Positions 26,504 through 35,784 of a stretch of 41,267 nucleotides of DNA are shown piece after piece. The first letter of the stretch is position 1. Each line of letters starts with the position of its first letter. Both the position numbers and the translations under genes were made by a program. The DNA lies in NCBI GenBank assembly GCA_040904625.1, contig JBBDTC010000001.1:32-41298 (forward strand). The letters run 5' to 3'. The notes beneath the pieces were generated by a model that had not been told where the DNA came from, searched no databases, and saw only the letters and a program-made list of their open reading frames with translations. This stretch comes from Gammaproteobacteria bacterium (lineage in GTDB: Bacteria; Pseudomonadota; Gammaproteobacteria; Ga0077536).

Positions 26504-27649
26504 TCAGGTGAGTGCTTTCTCATATACTCTGTAGCGCTTCGATTCCCGTCCGCCGAGCGTGGCGATGATGTTCTTCATCGCTTCGTTGCTCTCGAGTATC
26601 CATGACATCTCGACTTCTTCCAGTCCCATCCTCAGCCCGGGCTCACGCAGCGCTTCGACGACCGACAAAGCCAGTCCCGGACCATAGCGGGTGCGATGGA
26701 GGCGTTGCCGCACGCCCATCAGCGGGATCCGCGCCGTGCGGGGATAGCCGAACTTGAGTCGTTTAATCAGTTTCAACCAACCGAATGGCAGCAGCCGGCC
26801 ATCGAGATCGGCGATGACTTCGTTGACGTTCGGCAGCAGTACGATAAAAGCGACCGGCTCTCCTTTCATCTCCGCAATCTGGATGAAATCGGGCGGGATG
26901 ATCATCAGCATCTCGTGGCCGATGGTGCGAAATTCGTCTTTCGTAAATGGGACGAAGCCCCAGTTACCGGCCCAGGCATCATTGAATATATCGCGCAGAA
27001 TCTCGAGATCGCGGTCTTTTTGCCGTGGCTCGATCGGACGAATGATGACCTCGCGTTTGAGCCGAGCGTAGAGCGAAGCCATTACCTGCGGCGGTGAGAA
27101 ATCCGCCCGAATCAGATAGGCGAGCATATCCGCAGCTTTGGCGTAGCCGTGCTGCTCGAGGCTACGTCCGTAATAGGGGTGGGCATGGGTCATCATGAAA
27201 AAGGGCGGCGTATCGAAGCCGTCGACGAGAAGGCCGACTTCCTGATTGATGTTCAACCCGAACGGGCCGCGCGCCCGCTGCATGCCGCGCTCAATCAGCC
27301 AACGCTCGGCGACCTCGAGCAGCGCGCCGCAGGTGCGCTCATCGTCAGGAGCGTCGAAATAACCGAAGAAGCCGGTCGCATCATCGTAGCGATCGAGATG
27401 GAGCCGATCGATCTGCGCGGTAATACGTCCGACTGCCTTGTGGCCGCGGTAGGCCACCCAGCCCTGCCAGTCGAGATGGGCGAACACGGGCTGTTTCGGG
27501 GATAGCGCTTCTTTGCGCTCGAACAGCAGCGGTGGGATCCAGTGCGGATCGTCGCGAAAAAGTGCCCATGGCACGCGCACGAAATCCTTGAGCGTGCGGC
27601 GGTCCGTGACTGGGCGGAGGTGGAGGTCAGCGCCTCGCATATCGTTCAT
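26504..27649 (-). CDS. bcerS: GNAT-fold N-acyltransferase, putative bacterial ceramide synthase
   Basis: WIPPL, GRITAQID, GFFGYFD, RGPF..NQEVGLLVDGF, IFNDAWAGNWGFVP, EMSWILESN, KRYRVYEK; co-located with spt. Confidence 0.8.
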   Translation of the reverse strand: MNDMRGADLHLRPVTDRRTLKDFVRVPWALFRDDPHWIPPLLFERKEALSPKQPVFAHLDWQGWVAYRGHKAVGRITAQIDRLHLDRYDDATGFFGYFDAPDDERTCGALLEVAERWLIERGMQRARGPFGLNINQEVGLLVDGFDTPPFFMMTHAHPYYGRSLEQHGYAKAADMLAYLIRADFSPPQVMASLYARLKREVIIRPIEPRQKDRDLEILRDIFNDAWAGNWGFVPFTKDEFRTIGHEMLMIIPPDFIQIAEMKGEPVAFIVLLPNVNEVIADLDGRLLPFGWLKLIKRLKFGYPRTARIPLMGVRQRLHRTRYGPGLALSVVEALREPGLRMGLEEVEMSWILESNEAMKNIIATLGGRESKRYRVYEKALT

Positions 27650-27804
27650 AGAATCAGGTCCGAACGGCCCTGGCGGCCTGGCGAGGCGGCATGGTAGCCA
27701 ATGCGCGAGTGGGTGGGAACCGCCATGCGCGGCACCGCCCGAAGCCCGTCGGCCTGCGCCCTGGCTGCTTTATACTACGGGCCTCAATCAACGAGGGGCG
27801 CACG

Positions 27805-28251
27805 ATGAAACCTAAAGTCCAGCAAGAGTATGTTCAGATCCAGGATCTCGAATGGCAGCCGTTCCCGGAGGCGTTCTCGGCTGGTGGGATTCGCTGGAAA
27901 CTGCTCCACGTCTCGCCCGAATTGGGCGCGTGGACGGCCATTTTCGATTGTCCGGCCGGATCTTCATTTGCCAGTCATATCCATGTCGGGCCAGGCGAAT
28001 ACCTGCTGACCAAGGGCAAGATGGAAGTGCGCGGCGGTGCGGACGAGGGGGGTGCGACGGCCTACGAACTCGGCTACGGATACGAATCGTGCAATGCCCG
28101 GCACGACAAGACCCATTTCCCGATCGAGAGCGAATTCTACATGACCTTTCTGGGGCCTCTGCAGTTCATCAACGCCGATGGCAGCCCCCGTGCCGTAGTC
28201 GGCTGGGAGCAGGCACAGGAACTGTGGGCTGCGCAGACCGGGACGGCCTGA
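27805..28251 (+). CDS. dke1: Acetylacetone-cleaving cupin dioxygenase (Dke1 type)
   Basis: PFPEAFS.GGI.W.LLH.SPE...WTAIF.CPAGSSFASHIH.GPGEY.LTKGKMEVRGG and FYMTFLGPL closely match Acinetobacter johnsonii Dke1 as recalled; 3-His site (HIH plus ARHDKT). Confidence 0.85.
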   Translation: MKPKVQQEYVQIQDLEWQPFPEAFSAGGIRWKLLHVSPELGAWTAIFDCPAGSSFASHIHVGPGEYLLTKGKMEVRGGADEGGATAYELGYGYESCNARHDKTHFPIESEFYMTFLGPLQFINADGSPRAVVGWEQAQELWAAQTGTA

Positions 28252-28545
28252 AGCAATACGACAGGATGGCCGACGCAAACGGCTGTGTCCCGCGACGCGG
28301 CACGCGGACTTGCAATACGAGATGACTCTGCCGCAATTGCCTTTGCGCTCGTGTACGGGACATGGCTGCGCAGCCGCTTTTGCAAGCTTCCTTTACATTC
28401 GGCTACCCCTGAGCGGCCGCTGCAGCGTTGCGTTTTCTGGGGCAGCCTCATTATTCCTGGCGAAACGCGCGTGCTGGCCCCCACTCAGAAGCACCCTCGG
28501 TGCTGACAAGAGAATGAAAAGCGCAAGTCTCCCAAGAACATTACG

Positions 28546-30087
28546 TTACTCAATATTCAATCTCTTTAGTTGACGAACGAAGTTGCCGCGATCAATTCCG
28601 AACGATCTTGCTGTAGCAGCTTTATTGCCCTTGTGATGATTCAACCGGGATCGAATCAGTTGGCGTTTATAGTCATCGATGGCCTCATTCAGAGGAATGT
28701 CAATAGGTGGGGCGGCATGCTTGGCTAATAGCGGTGAACATCCATTCGAAAGTGCTTCCAGTCCAAAGTGGGTTACATCCAACTCGACAATCTTGCTCGT
28801 ATCCTGGCCGTCGCTTACGGCACGAATTACCGCTCTTGACAAGGTGTGTTCAAGTTCCCGTATATTTCCCGGCCATTTCGATTTGACCAGCCATCGTTTG
28901 GCCGCATTGCTCAGCCGGACACCTCTAACCCCCATGCGCCTGTGGTCTCTTTCTAGAATGTAGCCGGCGAGAGGCAGAATATCGTCAGGGCGGTCCCTAA
29001 GAGGAGGGAGAACCAGGGGGTAGACACTGAGGCGATGGTATAAATCGGGTCGGAAGCGCCCCTCGGCAATCGCTTTCTTCAAGTCTCTGTTGGTGGCGGC
29101 AATCAAGCGAACATCTACCCGGTGGTGCTTGTCGCTGCCAATGCGTTGAATCTCGCCATTTTGCAAGGCACGTAGCAGTTTGGACTGCACAGTAATGGGT
29201 AGCTCACCTACTTCATCAAGGAATAGCGTACCTTCGTTAGCTAGTTCAAATTTGCCTGCGCGGTTCTCTGTAGCTCCGGAGAAAGCCCCCTTTATATGGC
29301 CGAAAAGCTCACTTTCAGCCAAAGACTCGGGCAGGGCAGCACAATTCACGTACACCATCGGTTCTTGAGCTCTGCCGGAATGGCGGTGTACATAGTTTGC
29401 AATCAACTCCTTTCCTACACCTGTTTCTCCAAGAACCAGAACTGTCAGATCCGAAGCAGCCACGGTTTTGGCTTCTTTCATAAGCTGAACCATTTCGCGG
29501 CTTTCACTGATAATGTCCGTTGAAACGGCATGTGCCGTTTGACTTAGTATAATTTTCTGTTGTCTTGCAAGTTGTTCTTCAAGCCGATGAATCCAGGTCG
29601 CGGCTCTGACTGTGGCTGATGCGACACCAAGAAAAGCTTCAAAAATATCCAAGTCAAAATCATCAAAAGCGTTCGGGTTTAGGGCATCTAGGGTGACGAC
29701 TCCCCAAGGCGTGTCGTCTATGTATAACGTGGCTCCCATGCAGTCATGCACGTAGAGGTGATCCCTGGCGTTTTCAATGAGACCGTCATAAGGGTCGGGC
29801 AACTCGGATTCTGCCGCAAACCTTACGGGCTTACGGCTATCGACTATCTGAGCGAGTCGAGGGTGATTCTGGATTACAAATCGCCTGCCCATGGTGTCGG
29901 AACTCAACCCCTGGGTGGCACGGGGTATTAACAGGCGGCCCTCTTTTTCAAGCAGAGCGATTGCATCACAGGGGAAATTCCTGCGTATAACCTCCAGAAG
30001 CCGTTGGAATCTGATTTCTCTCGGCATGAATTGCGACAGATCGGCAACCACAGTGGCCATATCAAAAAAAACTGTATGCGATGTCAT
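28546..30087 (-). CDS. norR: NO-responsive sigma54 activator NorR
   Basis: GAF domain with HPRL, LPDPYDGLI, VHDCMG, TLDAL; AAA+ domain GETGVGKE, ESELFGH, GAFSGA, LFLDE, WPGNIREL; C-terminal HTH. Confidence 0.93.
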   Translation of the reverse strand: MTSHTVFFDMATVVADLSQFMPREIRFQRLLEVIRRNFPCDAIALLEKEGRLLIPRATQGLSSDTMGRRFVIQNHPRLAQIVDSRKPVRFAAESELPDPYDGLIENARDHLYVHDCMGATLYIDDTPWGVVTLDALNPNAFDDFDLDIFEAFLGVASATVRAATWIHRLEEQLARQQKIILSQTAHAVSTDIISESREMVQLMKEAKTVAASDLTVLVLGETGVGKELIANYVHRHSGRAQEPMVYVNCAALPESLAESELFGHIKGAFSGATENRAGKFELANEGTLFLDEVGELPITVQSKLLRALQNGEIQRIGSDKHHRVDVRLIAATNRDLKKAIAEGRFRPDLYHRLSVYPLVLPPLRDRPDDILPLAGYILERDHRRMGVRGVRLSNAAKRWLVKSKWPGNIRELEHTLSRAVIRAVSDGQDTSKIVELDVTHFGLEALSNGCSPLLAKHAAPPIDIPLNEAIDDYKRQLIRSRLNHHKGNKAATARSFGIDRGNFVRQLKRLNIE

Positions 30088-30137
30088 AATGTCTCATGTG
30101 TGTCAAAAAGACATGAAATAAATCATGTCATATTGTC
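30083..30137. promoter_or_regulatory. Three NorR enhancer sites (GT-N7-AC type)
   Basis: GTCATAATGTC (30083-30093), GTCAAAAAGAC (30102-30112, perfect) and GTCATATTGTC (30127-30137). Confidence 0.8.
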
Positions 30138-30179
30138 ATTGTATGATTGCAACTAAATGAAATGCAAAGAAAATAATCC

Positions 30180-30194
30180 TGGCATGATTTTAGC
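30180..30194 (+). promoter_or_regulatory. Sigma54 -24/-12 promoter of the nirK operon
   Basis: TGGCATGATTTTAGC has exact GG-N10-GC spacing, lies downstream of the NorR sites and an AT-rich spacer, and ends 36 bp before the nirK ATG. Confidence 0.8.
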
Positions 30195-30230
30195 GATGTT
30201 TACGGAAGAACATACAAAAGGGCATCAACA

Positions 30231-31169
30231 ATGAAGGCGTTTTTCAAACACATTCTCCTCGCCACTGCAGTCCTCGCCTCTCCAGTAATTTTCGCGGAAG
30301 CCATCAAAGTGGACATGACCGTCAAAGAAGTGGATGTGGTGGTGGACAATGCCGGCACCACGCAACGCATGTGGACGTATAACGGCACTATCCCCGGTCC
30401 GCTGGTGCGGGTGAAAGAAGGAGATGTGGTGGACTTCACGCTGTTTAACGATCCGGACAACGAACAAAGTCATTCCATGGATTTTCACGCCGCCCGGGCA
30501 GACGTCCTCGACGAGTTCGAATCCATCAAGCCGGGAAAAACCAAACAATTCACCTTTGAAGCTGAATACCCAGGGGTATTCATTTACCACTGTGGCTCCG
30601 ACTCCATGGCAGAGCACATCGGCCGCGGCATGTACGGTGTGATCATCGTCGATCCCAAGGAGGGCTACAGTGAAAGTTTTCCGGAGCCTGACCGGGAGTA
30701 TGTGCTCATACAGGGCGACTTGTTCGAAGCGGGCACCTCCGCTGACGACATGAAAATGGGCAACGGTTGGAAAGGGGTTCTCGTCAACGGCAGGCAATTC
30801 CACTACGACCCGGTCCATGATCCCAATGCCAGCCAGACCCTGGAAAGTAAGCCTGGTGAGCGGGTGCGCATCCATTTCGTCAATGCCATGATCAATAGTT
30901 CCGCCGCCTTTCACCCCATCGCCGGTATCTGGGAACAGGTGTGGGATAACGGCAACCCGAAAAATATCGCCTGGGGACTGCAAACCGTTGAGGTCCCGCC
31001 CTCCCATGGCCTAACCCTTGACCTCATCAGTCCCGCCGACCGTGCCACCAATAACGCTCTGGTGGATCACCGTATGAAGCACGCTTTGAACGGCGCCATC
31101 ACAGTACTGATGAACCATGCCGATGCCGATAAAGACAAGGGCCGCGGCGACCAGCTTATCCTGCGCTGA
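30231..31169 (+). CDS. nirK: Copper nitrite reductase, Nitrosomonas europaea type
   Basis: Signal peptide; HSMDFH, YHCG..HIGRGM, FHPIAGIW, LVDH (T1/T2 Cu ligands, catalytic Asp and His). YDPVHD, KPGERVRI and C-terminal GRGDQLILR resemble N. europaea NirK as recalled. Confidence 0.9.
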   Translation: MKAFFKHILLATAVLASPVIFAEAIKVDMTVKEVDVVVDNAGTTQRMWTYNGTIPGPLVRVKEGDVVDFTLFNDPDNEQSHSMDFHAARADVLDEFESIKPGKTKQFTFEAEYPGVFIYHCGSDSMAEHIGRGMYGVIIVDPKEGYSESFPEPDREYVLIQGDLFEAGTSADDMKMGNGWKGVLVNGRQFHYDPVHDPNASQTLESKPGERVRIHFVNAMINSSAAFHPIAGIWEQVWDNGNPKNIAWGLQTVEVPPSHGLTLDLISPADRATNNALVDHRMKHALNGAITVLMNHADADKDKGRGDQLILR

Positions 31170-31177
31170 GCGGGGGA

Positions 31178-31879
31178 ATGGACATGCAACGAATGAACTT
31201 GGCAGTCCTGCTGGTCGTTGCGGGGACGCTCCACTTCGGCGACGCAGTGGCTGGCGGCAAGGAGCTAGTAGAGGCCAACTGCACAGCGTGCCATACCCTT
31301 GAACGTCCCGACTACGACATGCTGGGACATGCGGAGCGCATCTCCCGCAAAGGCCCTCCTCTGTACTTCGCCGGCAATAAGTTCCAAGCCGCCTGGCTTG
31401 AAAGTTGGCTGAAGAATCCGGTGCGCATCCGCCCTGCCGGAGTATTCCCGCCCGCCGCGGTGAAAAGCACCGGCGGCGGTGATGTGATAGACCCTGACGC
31501 ATTGCAGGACCATCCCGTCCTCCCCGCACAGGAAGCACAGCAGGCTACCGAATATCTGATGAGTCTGCGCCCCAACGACGACCTGATCGCCGCAGTCAAT
31601 TACGAATCCGGCACTATCGCCAAACGCATGGGCGAGCTCAATTTCACCAAGTTCAATGGTTGCGATGCTTGTCACAGCGATGGTCCTGGCTACGGCGGCT
31701 TGTCCGGTCCGGAACTACACACGGCCTGGCAACGCCTGCAGCCGAAATTCATCGCCTCATTCATCGCCAACCCGGTGGCCTGGGATCCTCATAGCCTGAT
31801 GCCGAGGACTGGTCTCAATGACAGTGCCGTGGAGCGACTCGCCAATTACTTGAAACTGATCGGGGAGGAGCAGCCATGA
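31178..31879 (+). CDS. ncgB: Diheme c-type cytochrome (NcgB-like)
   Basis: Signal peptide, CTACH and CDACH, distal LMP. Confidence 0.78.
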   Translation: MDMQRMNLAVLLVVAGTLHFGDAVAGGKELVEANCTACHTLERPDYDMLGHAERISRKGPPLYFAGNKFQAAWLESWLKNPVRIRPAGVFPPAAVKSTGGGDVIDPDALQDHPVLPAQEAQQATEYLMSLRPNDDLIAAVNYESGTIAKRMGELNFTKFNGCDACHSDGPGYGGLSGPELHTAWQRLQPKFIASFIANPVAWDPHSLMPRTGLNDSAVERLANYLKLIGEEQP

Positions 31880-32244
31880 AAATTCCAGCAAATTTCTTTG
31901 CCATTCTGCTACTGGTGAGCGTCCTTTCTGCCCATGCAGAAGATGCCGCTCATGGGGACGTTCTTTACAAAATTTATTGCACTCAATGCCACGGGGTGGA
32001 GGGCAATGGCGACGGCATCAACGTCCCCGCAATGTCAGTTCAGCCCCGCAACCACCGTGATAGGGGGGAAATGTCGGCTCGCACCGATGCCGACTTGTTC
32101 AAGGCGGTAAAGGAAGGGGGTAAAAGCATCAACAAATCTGTACTTATGCCACCCTGGAGCGCCACCCTGAGCGACCATGACATCAACGCACTGGTTCGCT
32201 ACATGCGGCAACTGTGCTGCCAGTCTGGAGACGGATTACCATGA
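31876..32244 (+). CDS. ncgC: Monoheme c-type cytochrome (NcgC-like)
   Basis: Signal peptide, CTQCH, LMPPW; ATGA overlaps on both sides. Confidence 0.78.
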   Translation: MKIPANFFAILLLVSVLSAHAEDAAHGDVLYKIYCTQCHGVEGNGDGINVPAMSVQPRNHRDRGEMSARTDADLFKAVKEGGKSINKSVLMPPWSATLSDHDINALVRYMRQLCCQSGDGLP

Positions 32245-33293
32245 TCAAGCAAGCATTAATTGTTGTTATGGGTGTGCTTTTTGCAGCGCTGCAGGCAGTT
32301 GCTGCGCCACACAAGTTTGAGTTGACTATTGATGAGGTAGATCTGGAAGTGGCGCCGGGTTTCAGCGCCAAAGTATGGGCGTTTAATGGCCAGGTGCCAG
32401 GCCCCCTCATTCATGTAAGGGAAGGGGATGCACTGGAGGTAACGGTCCACAATAACAGCACTCTCAACCACACCATCCATTGGCATGGTGTCTACCAGAC
32501 GAACACCTGGCCCCAGGACGGAGTGCCTGATGTTACCCAGTTGGGAATCGAGCCGGGAGAAAGCTTCACCTATAAGTTCGTCGTGAACAAACCCGGCACC
32601 CTTTGGTATCATTGCCACGTCAACGTTTCTGAACACGTCGGTCTGCGGGGCATGTGGGGACCGCTGATCGTCGATCCCAAGGAACCCATAGCGCTGGAAA
32701 AGGACGTCACCAAGGACGCCATCCTGATGTTTTCCGGTTGGAATTCAGAGGTGGCACAGGAATATGGAACAGGCGGCAAGCCAGGCGAGGTCATCAACTA
32801 CTTTTCCATCAACGGCAAGTCTTTTCCTATGACTCAGCCATTGCAAGTAGAAAAGGGCGATGTCGTGCGACTACGGCTGATCGGCGCCAGCATTCCCACG
32901 GCTTTCCATACTCACGGTCATGACATGCTGATTACCCATAAGGATGGCTTGCCACTGAAAAACCCCATCGAGGCGGATGTGGTACCTCTGCAACCGGGGG
33001 AGCGCTACGACGTAATGATGGAAATGAACAACCCCGGACTATGGATGACCCACGACCACATCGAACATCACACGACCAATAATGGCAAGGATCACGGTGG
33101 ATCGATGTTGGTTATCGAATATAAGGATGTGGAAAAACCGGAGTGGTATATGTGGAAGGATCTGGACGCGGAAACGGATTTCTATATGGTGGAATCCATG
33201 GCTAAACCCCATGGGATGCACAATATTGACGCTTTCAAAGGATTTGAGCCCGCTTCAGAGCGGCGCCGTCGGTCTGTGAGTCACGAGCACTGA
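32241..33293 (+). CDS. ncgA: Two-domain multicopper oxidase (NcgA/Pan1-like)
   Basis: HTIHWHG, WYHCH..EHVGLRGM (T1 Cu in domain 1), FHTHGH, THDHIEHH; signal peptide. Confidence 0.82.
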   Translation: MIKQALIVVMGVLFAALQAVAAPHKFELTIDEVDLEVAPGFSAKVWAFNGQVPGPLIHVREGDALEVTVHNNSTLNHTIHWHGVYQTNTWPQDGVPDVTQLGIEPGESFTYKFVVNKPGTLWYHCHVNVSEHVGLRGMWGPLIVDPKEPIALEKDVTKDAILMFSGWNSEVAQEYGTGGKPGEVINYFSINGKSFPMTQPLQVEKGDVVRLRLIGASIPTAFHTHGHDMLITHKDGLPLKNPIEADVVPLQPGERYDVMMEMNNPGLWMTHDHIEHHTTNNGKDHGGSMLVIEYKDVEKPEWYMWKDLDAETDFYMVESMAKPHGMHNIDAFKGFEPASERRRRSVSHEH

Positions 33294-33449
33294 GTGCGAT
33301 CGGCGGGCCCTAAGTAATCGCTGCTGCGTCGGAGCAGTATGCAGGCGGGCAGATTGCCGCCTATCGTTTGGCCTCGTTGCCGGCGAAGTGTGTACCAGCA
33401 CGTGACCCAATGCTGAAAATCAGCGAGAATGGCGTCCGTTTCACGAGCC

Positions 33450-33536
<87 letters not shown>

Positions 33537-33548
33537 AAGAAGGTGCGC

Positions 33549-33577
33549 AATCTAACCATTCCATTTGAGTGAGTCAA
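33549..33577 (-). promoter_or_regulatory. Sigma70 promoter of tRNA-Leu
   Basis: TTGACT (33577-33572), 17 bp spacer, TAGATT (33554-33549). Confidence 0.7.
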
Positions 33578-35784
33578 TGCGTCAAAGAAGGCCCCGTAAT
33601 GCGCCCGCCCAGGGCGGCGAATTCGAACATGTAGACGATCTGCCCAGTCGGGTCGCGATTGCGCAGGCGCTGGCGGAGATCGCGGAGCCGGGCGATCTGG
33701 TCCAACTCGCGGACCACCTCGAGGTCACCGGTGAGGCCGCCAACGCCGCCCTCGAACGACGCGTTCGGGCGATGGCGCGCGACGGCCAGCTTGTCGAAAC
33801 GCGCCGCGGGCGCTTCGGTCTGGCCGAACACATGGAAGTCATCCCCGGGCGTGTGCTCGCCCACCGCGACGGCTACGCATTCGTGCGCCCCGAACGGGGC
33901 GGTGACGATATCTACCTGGCGCCTCGTGAAGCACAGCGCACTCTGCACGGCGACAAAGTACTGGTGCGGGTGGCCGGTCTGGACCGGCGCGGCCGGCCCT
34001 ACGGCCATCTGGTAGAAGTTCTCGAACGTGCGCACCAGCGCATCGTCGGTCGCTATTTCAGCGATCGCGGTTTCGGATTCGTCGTGCCCGATAATCGCCA
34101 TCTGCATCAGGATTTGTTGATTCCGGCTGATGCGGCGGGTGACGCGCATGACGGCCAGATCGTCGTTGCCGTCATCGAGCAGCAACCCGAGCGCCATGCA
34201 CAGCCGGTCGGACGCGTGGTCGAGATCCTCGGCGAGCACATGGCGCCCGGGATGGAGATCGAGATCGCTATCCGCAGCTACGACCTGCCGTGCGAATGGC
34301 CGGCGGAAGCGACGCGGGCCGCGGCGCAGATTCCCGCGGCCCCGACCGCCGACGAGATTACGCGACGGCGCGACTTGCGTGACCTGCCGTTGGTGACCAT
34401 CGATGGAGCCGATGCCCGTGATTTCGATGATGCGCTGTTCGCACGCAAGACAGCGCATGGTTTTACCTTGCATGTTGCAATTGCGGATGTTGCGCATTAC
34501 GTGCATCCAGGCGCCGCGCTCGACGAAGAAGCCCTGCGCCGCGGGACCTCGGTGTATTTTCCGGATCGGGTGATTCCGATGTTGCCGGAAACACTCTCCA
34601 ATGGCATCTGTTCGTTGGTGCCGGACGCCGAGCGACTTGCGCTGGTGTGTGAGATGAACATAGATGACTCCGGCGAAGTACGCCGGTCGCGTTTCTATGA
34701 TGCGGCGATCCGCTCGCATGCGCGTCTCATTTATACCGATGTGCAGCGTTGGCGCGATGGCGAGCTGCCGAGCTTGCGCGGCGTCGACCGGCCGGTCGCG
34801 GAGAGTCTGACCACTTTGTACGAGCTGTTCGCGGCGCTGCGGTCGGCTCGCGAGAAGCGCGGAGCCCTTGACATCGACAACGCCGAGCCGCGTTTCCATT
34901 TCGACGAGCGCGGCAAGATCGCCAGCGTCGAAGCGACGCGACGGGTCGATGCACACAAACTGGTCGAGGAATGCATGATAGCGGCCAACGTCGCGGCCGC
35001 TCGCTACCTCCTGCGCCGCAAACAGCCGGCGCTCTACCGCGTGCATGATGCCCCGGCAACCGATAAGGTCGAGGATCTCGAAAAGTTCCTGCGCGAACTG
35101 GGTTTGCAAGCCAGGTTCGGCGGTGATGTCGACGTCAAGACATTCGCCGCGGCTCTGGACGCCGCTCGTGAACGTCCCGACCGCCGCCTCATCGAGACCG
35201 TCCTCCTGCGCAGCCTCAAACTCGCCGTCTACAGCCCGCACAACAGCGGACATTTCGGTCTGGCACTGGATGCCTACACGCATTTCACTTCACCGATACG
35301 CCGCTATCCCGATCTCGTCGTCCATCGTGCGCTCAAGGCAACGCTCGACGGTGGTGAGGCCATAGAAGATGGTGTACTTGCCGAATTCGCTGAGCACTGC
35401 TCGATGTGCGAGCGGCGGGCCGATGAGGCGACGCGGGATGCGGTGGCGTGGCTCAAGTGCGAGTTCATGCAGGACAAAGTCGGCGAAGAATTCCCCGGAA
35501 TCATCGCCGGCGTTGCCGAGTTCGGGATTTTCGTCGAGCTCGACGACATCTTTGTCGAGGGACTGGTGCATGTCACCGAGCTGCCGGGAGACTATTATCA
35601 ATACGATGCCGTACAGCATGTTCTGCGCGGCCGGGCACGCGGTCTGGAGTACCACATCGGCAAAGCGGTGACGGTTCGCGTGGCCCGTGTCGATCTCGAA
35701 CAGCGCAAGATCGATTTCATGCTCGTTGTCCCGGCACCGAAGACGAGCGAGAAAAAGACCAAACGCAAGCGGCGACGACGCTGA
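33577..35784 (+). CDS. rnr: Ribonuclease R
   Basis: HRDGYAF cold-shock domain, TIDGADARDFDDA, HFTSPIRRYPDL, S1 domain, basic tail. Confidence 0.96.
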   Translation: MRQRRPRNAPAQGGEFEHVDDLPSRVAIAQALAEIAEPGDLVQLADHLEVTGEAANAALERRVRAMARDGQLVETRRGRFGLAEHMEVIPGRVLAHRDGYAFVRPERGGDDIYLAPREAQRTLHGDKVLVRVAGLDRRGRPYGHLVEVLERAHQRIVGRYFSDRGFGFVVPDNRHLHQDLLIPADAAGDAHDGQIVVAVIEQQPERHAQPVGRVVEILGEHMAPGMEIEIAIRSYDLPCEWPAEATRAAAQIPAAPTADEITRRRDLRDLPLVTIDGADARDFDDALFARKTAHGFTLHVAIADVAHYVHPGAALDEEALRRGTSVYFPDRVIPMLPETLSNGICSLVPDAERLALVCEMNIDDSGEVRRSRFYDAAIRSHARLIYTDVQRWRDGELPSLRGVDRPVAESLTTLYELFAALRSAREKRGALDIDNAEPRFHFDERGKIASVEATRRVDAHKLVEECMIAANVAAARYLLRRKQPALYRVHDAPATDKVEDLEKFLRELGLQARFGGDVDVKTFAAALDAARERPDRRLIETVLLRSLKLAVYSPHNSGHFGLALDAYTHFTSPIRRYPDLVVHRALKATLDGGEAIEDGVLAEFAEHCSMCERRADEATRDAVAWLKCEFMQDKVGEEFPGIIAGVAEFGIFVELDDIFVEGLVHVTELPGDYYQYDAVQHVLRGRARGLEYHIGKAVTVRVARVDLEQRKIDFMLVVPAPKTSEKKTKRKRRRR

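Noticed and set aside
28298-28314. CGGCACGCGGACTTGCA as a sigma54 promoter
   Set aside because: GG-to-GC spacing is 11 rather than 10, and no convincing gene follows.
28490-28520. GGTGCTGACAAGAG as a decayed att copy of the tRNA-Leu 3' end
   Set aside because: 11/14 match only, and partly explained by the local hairpin AGCACC-CTC-GGTGCT.
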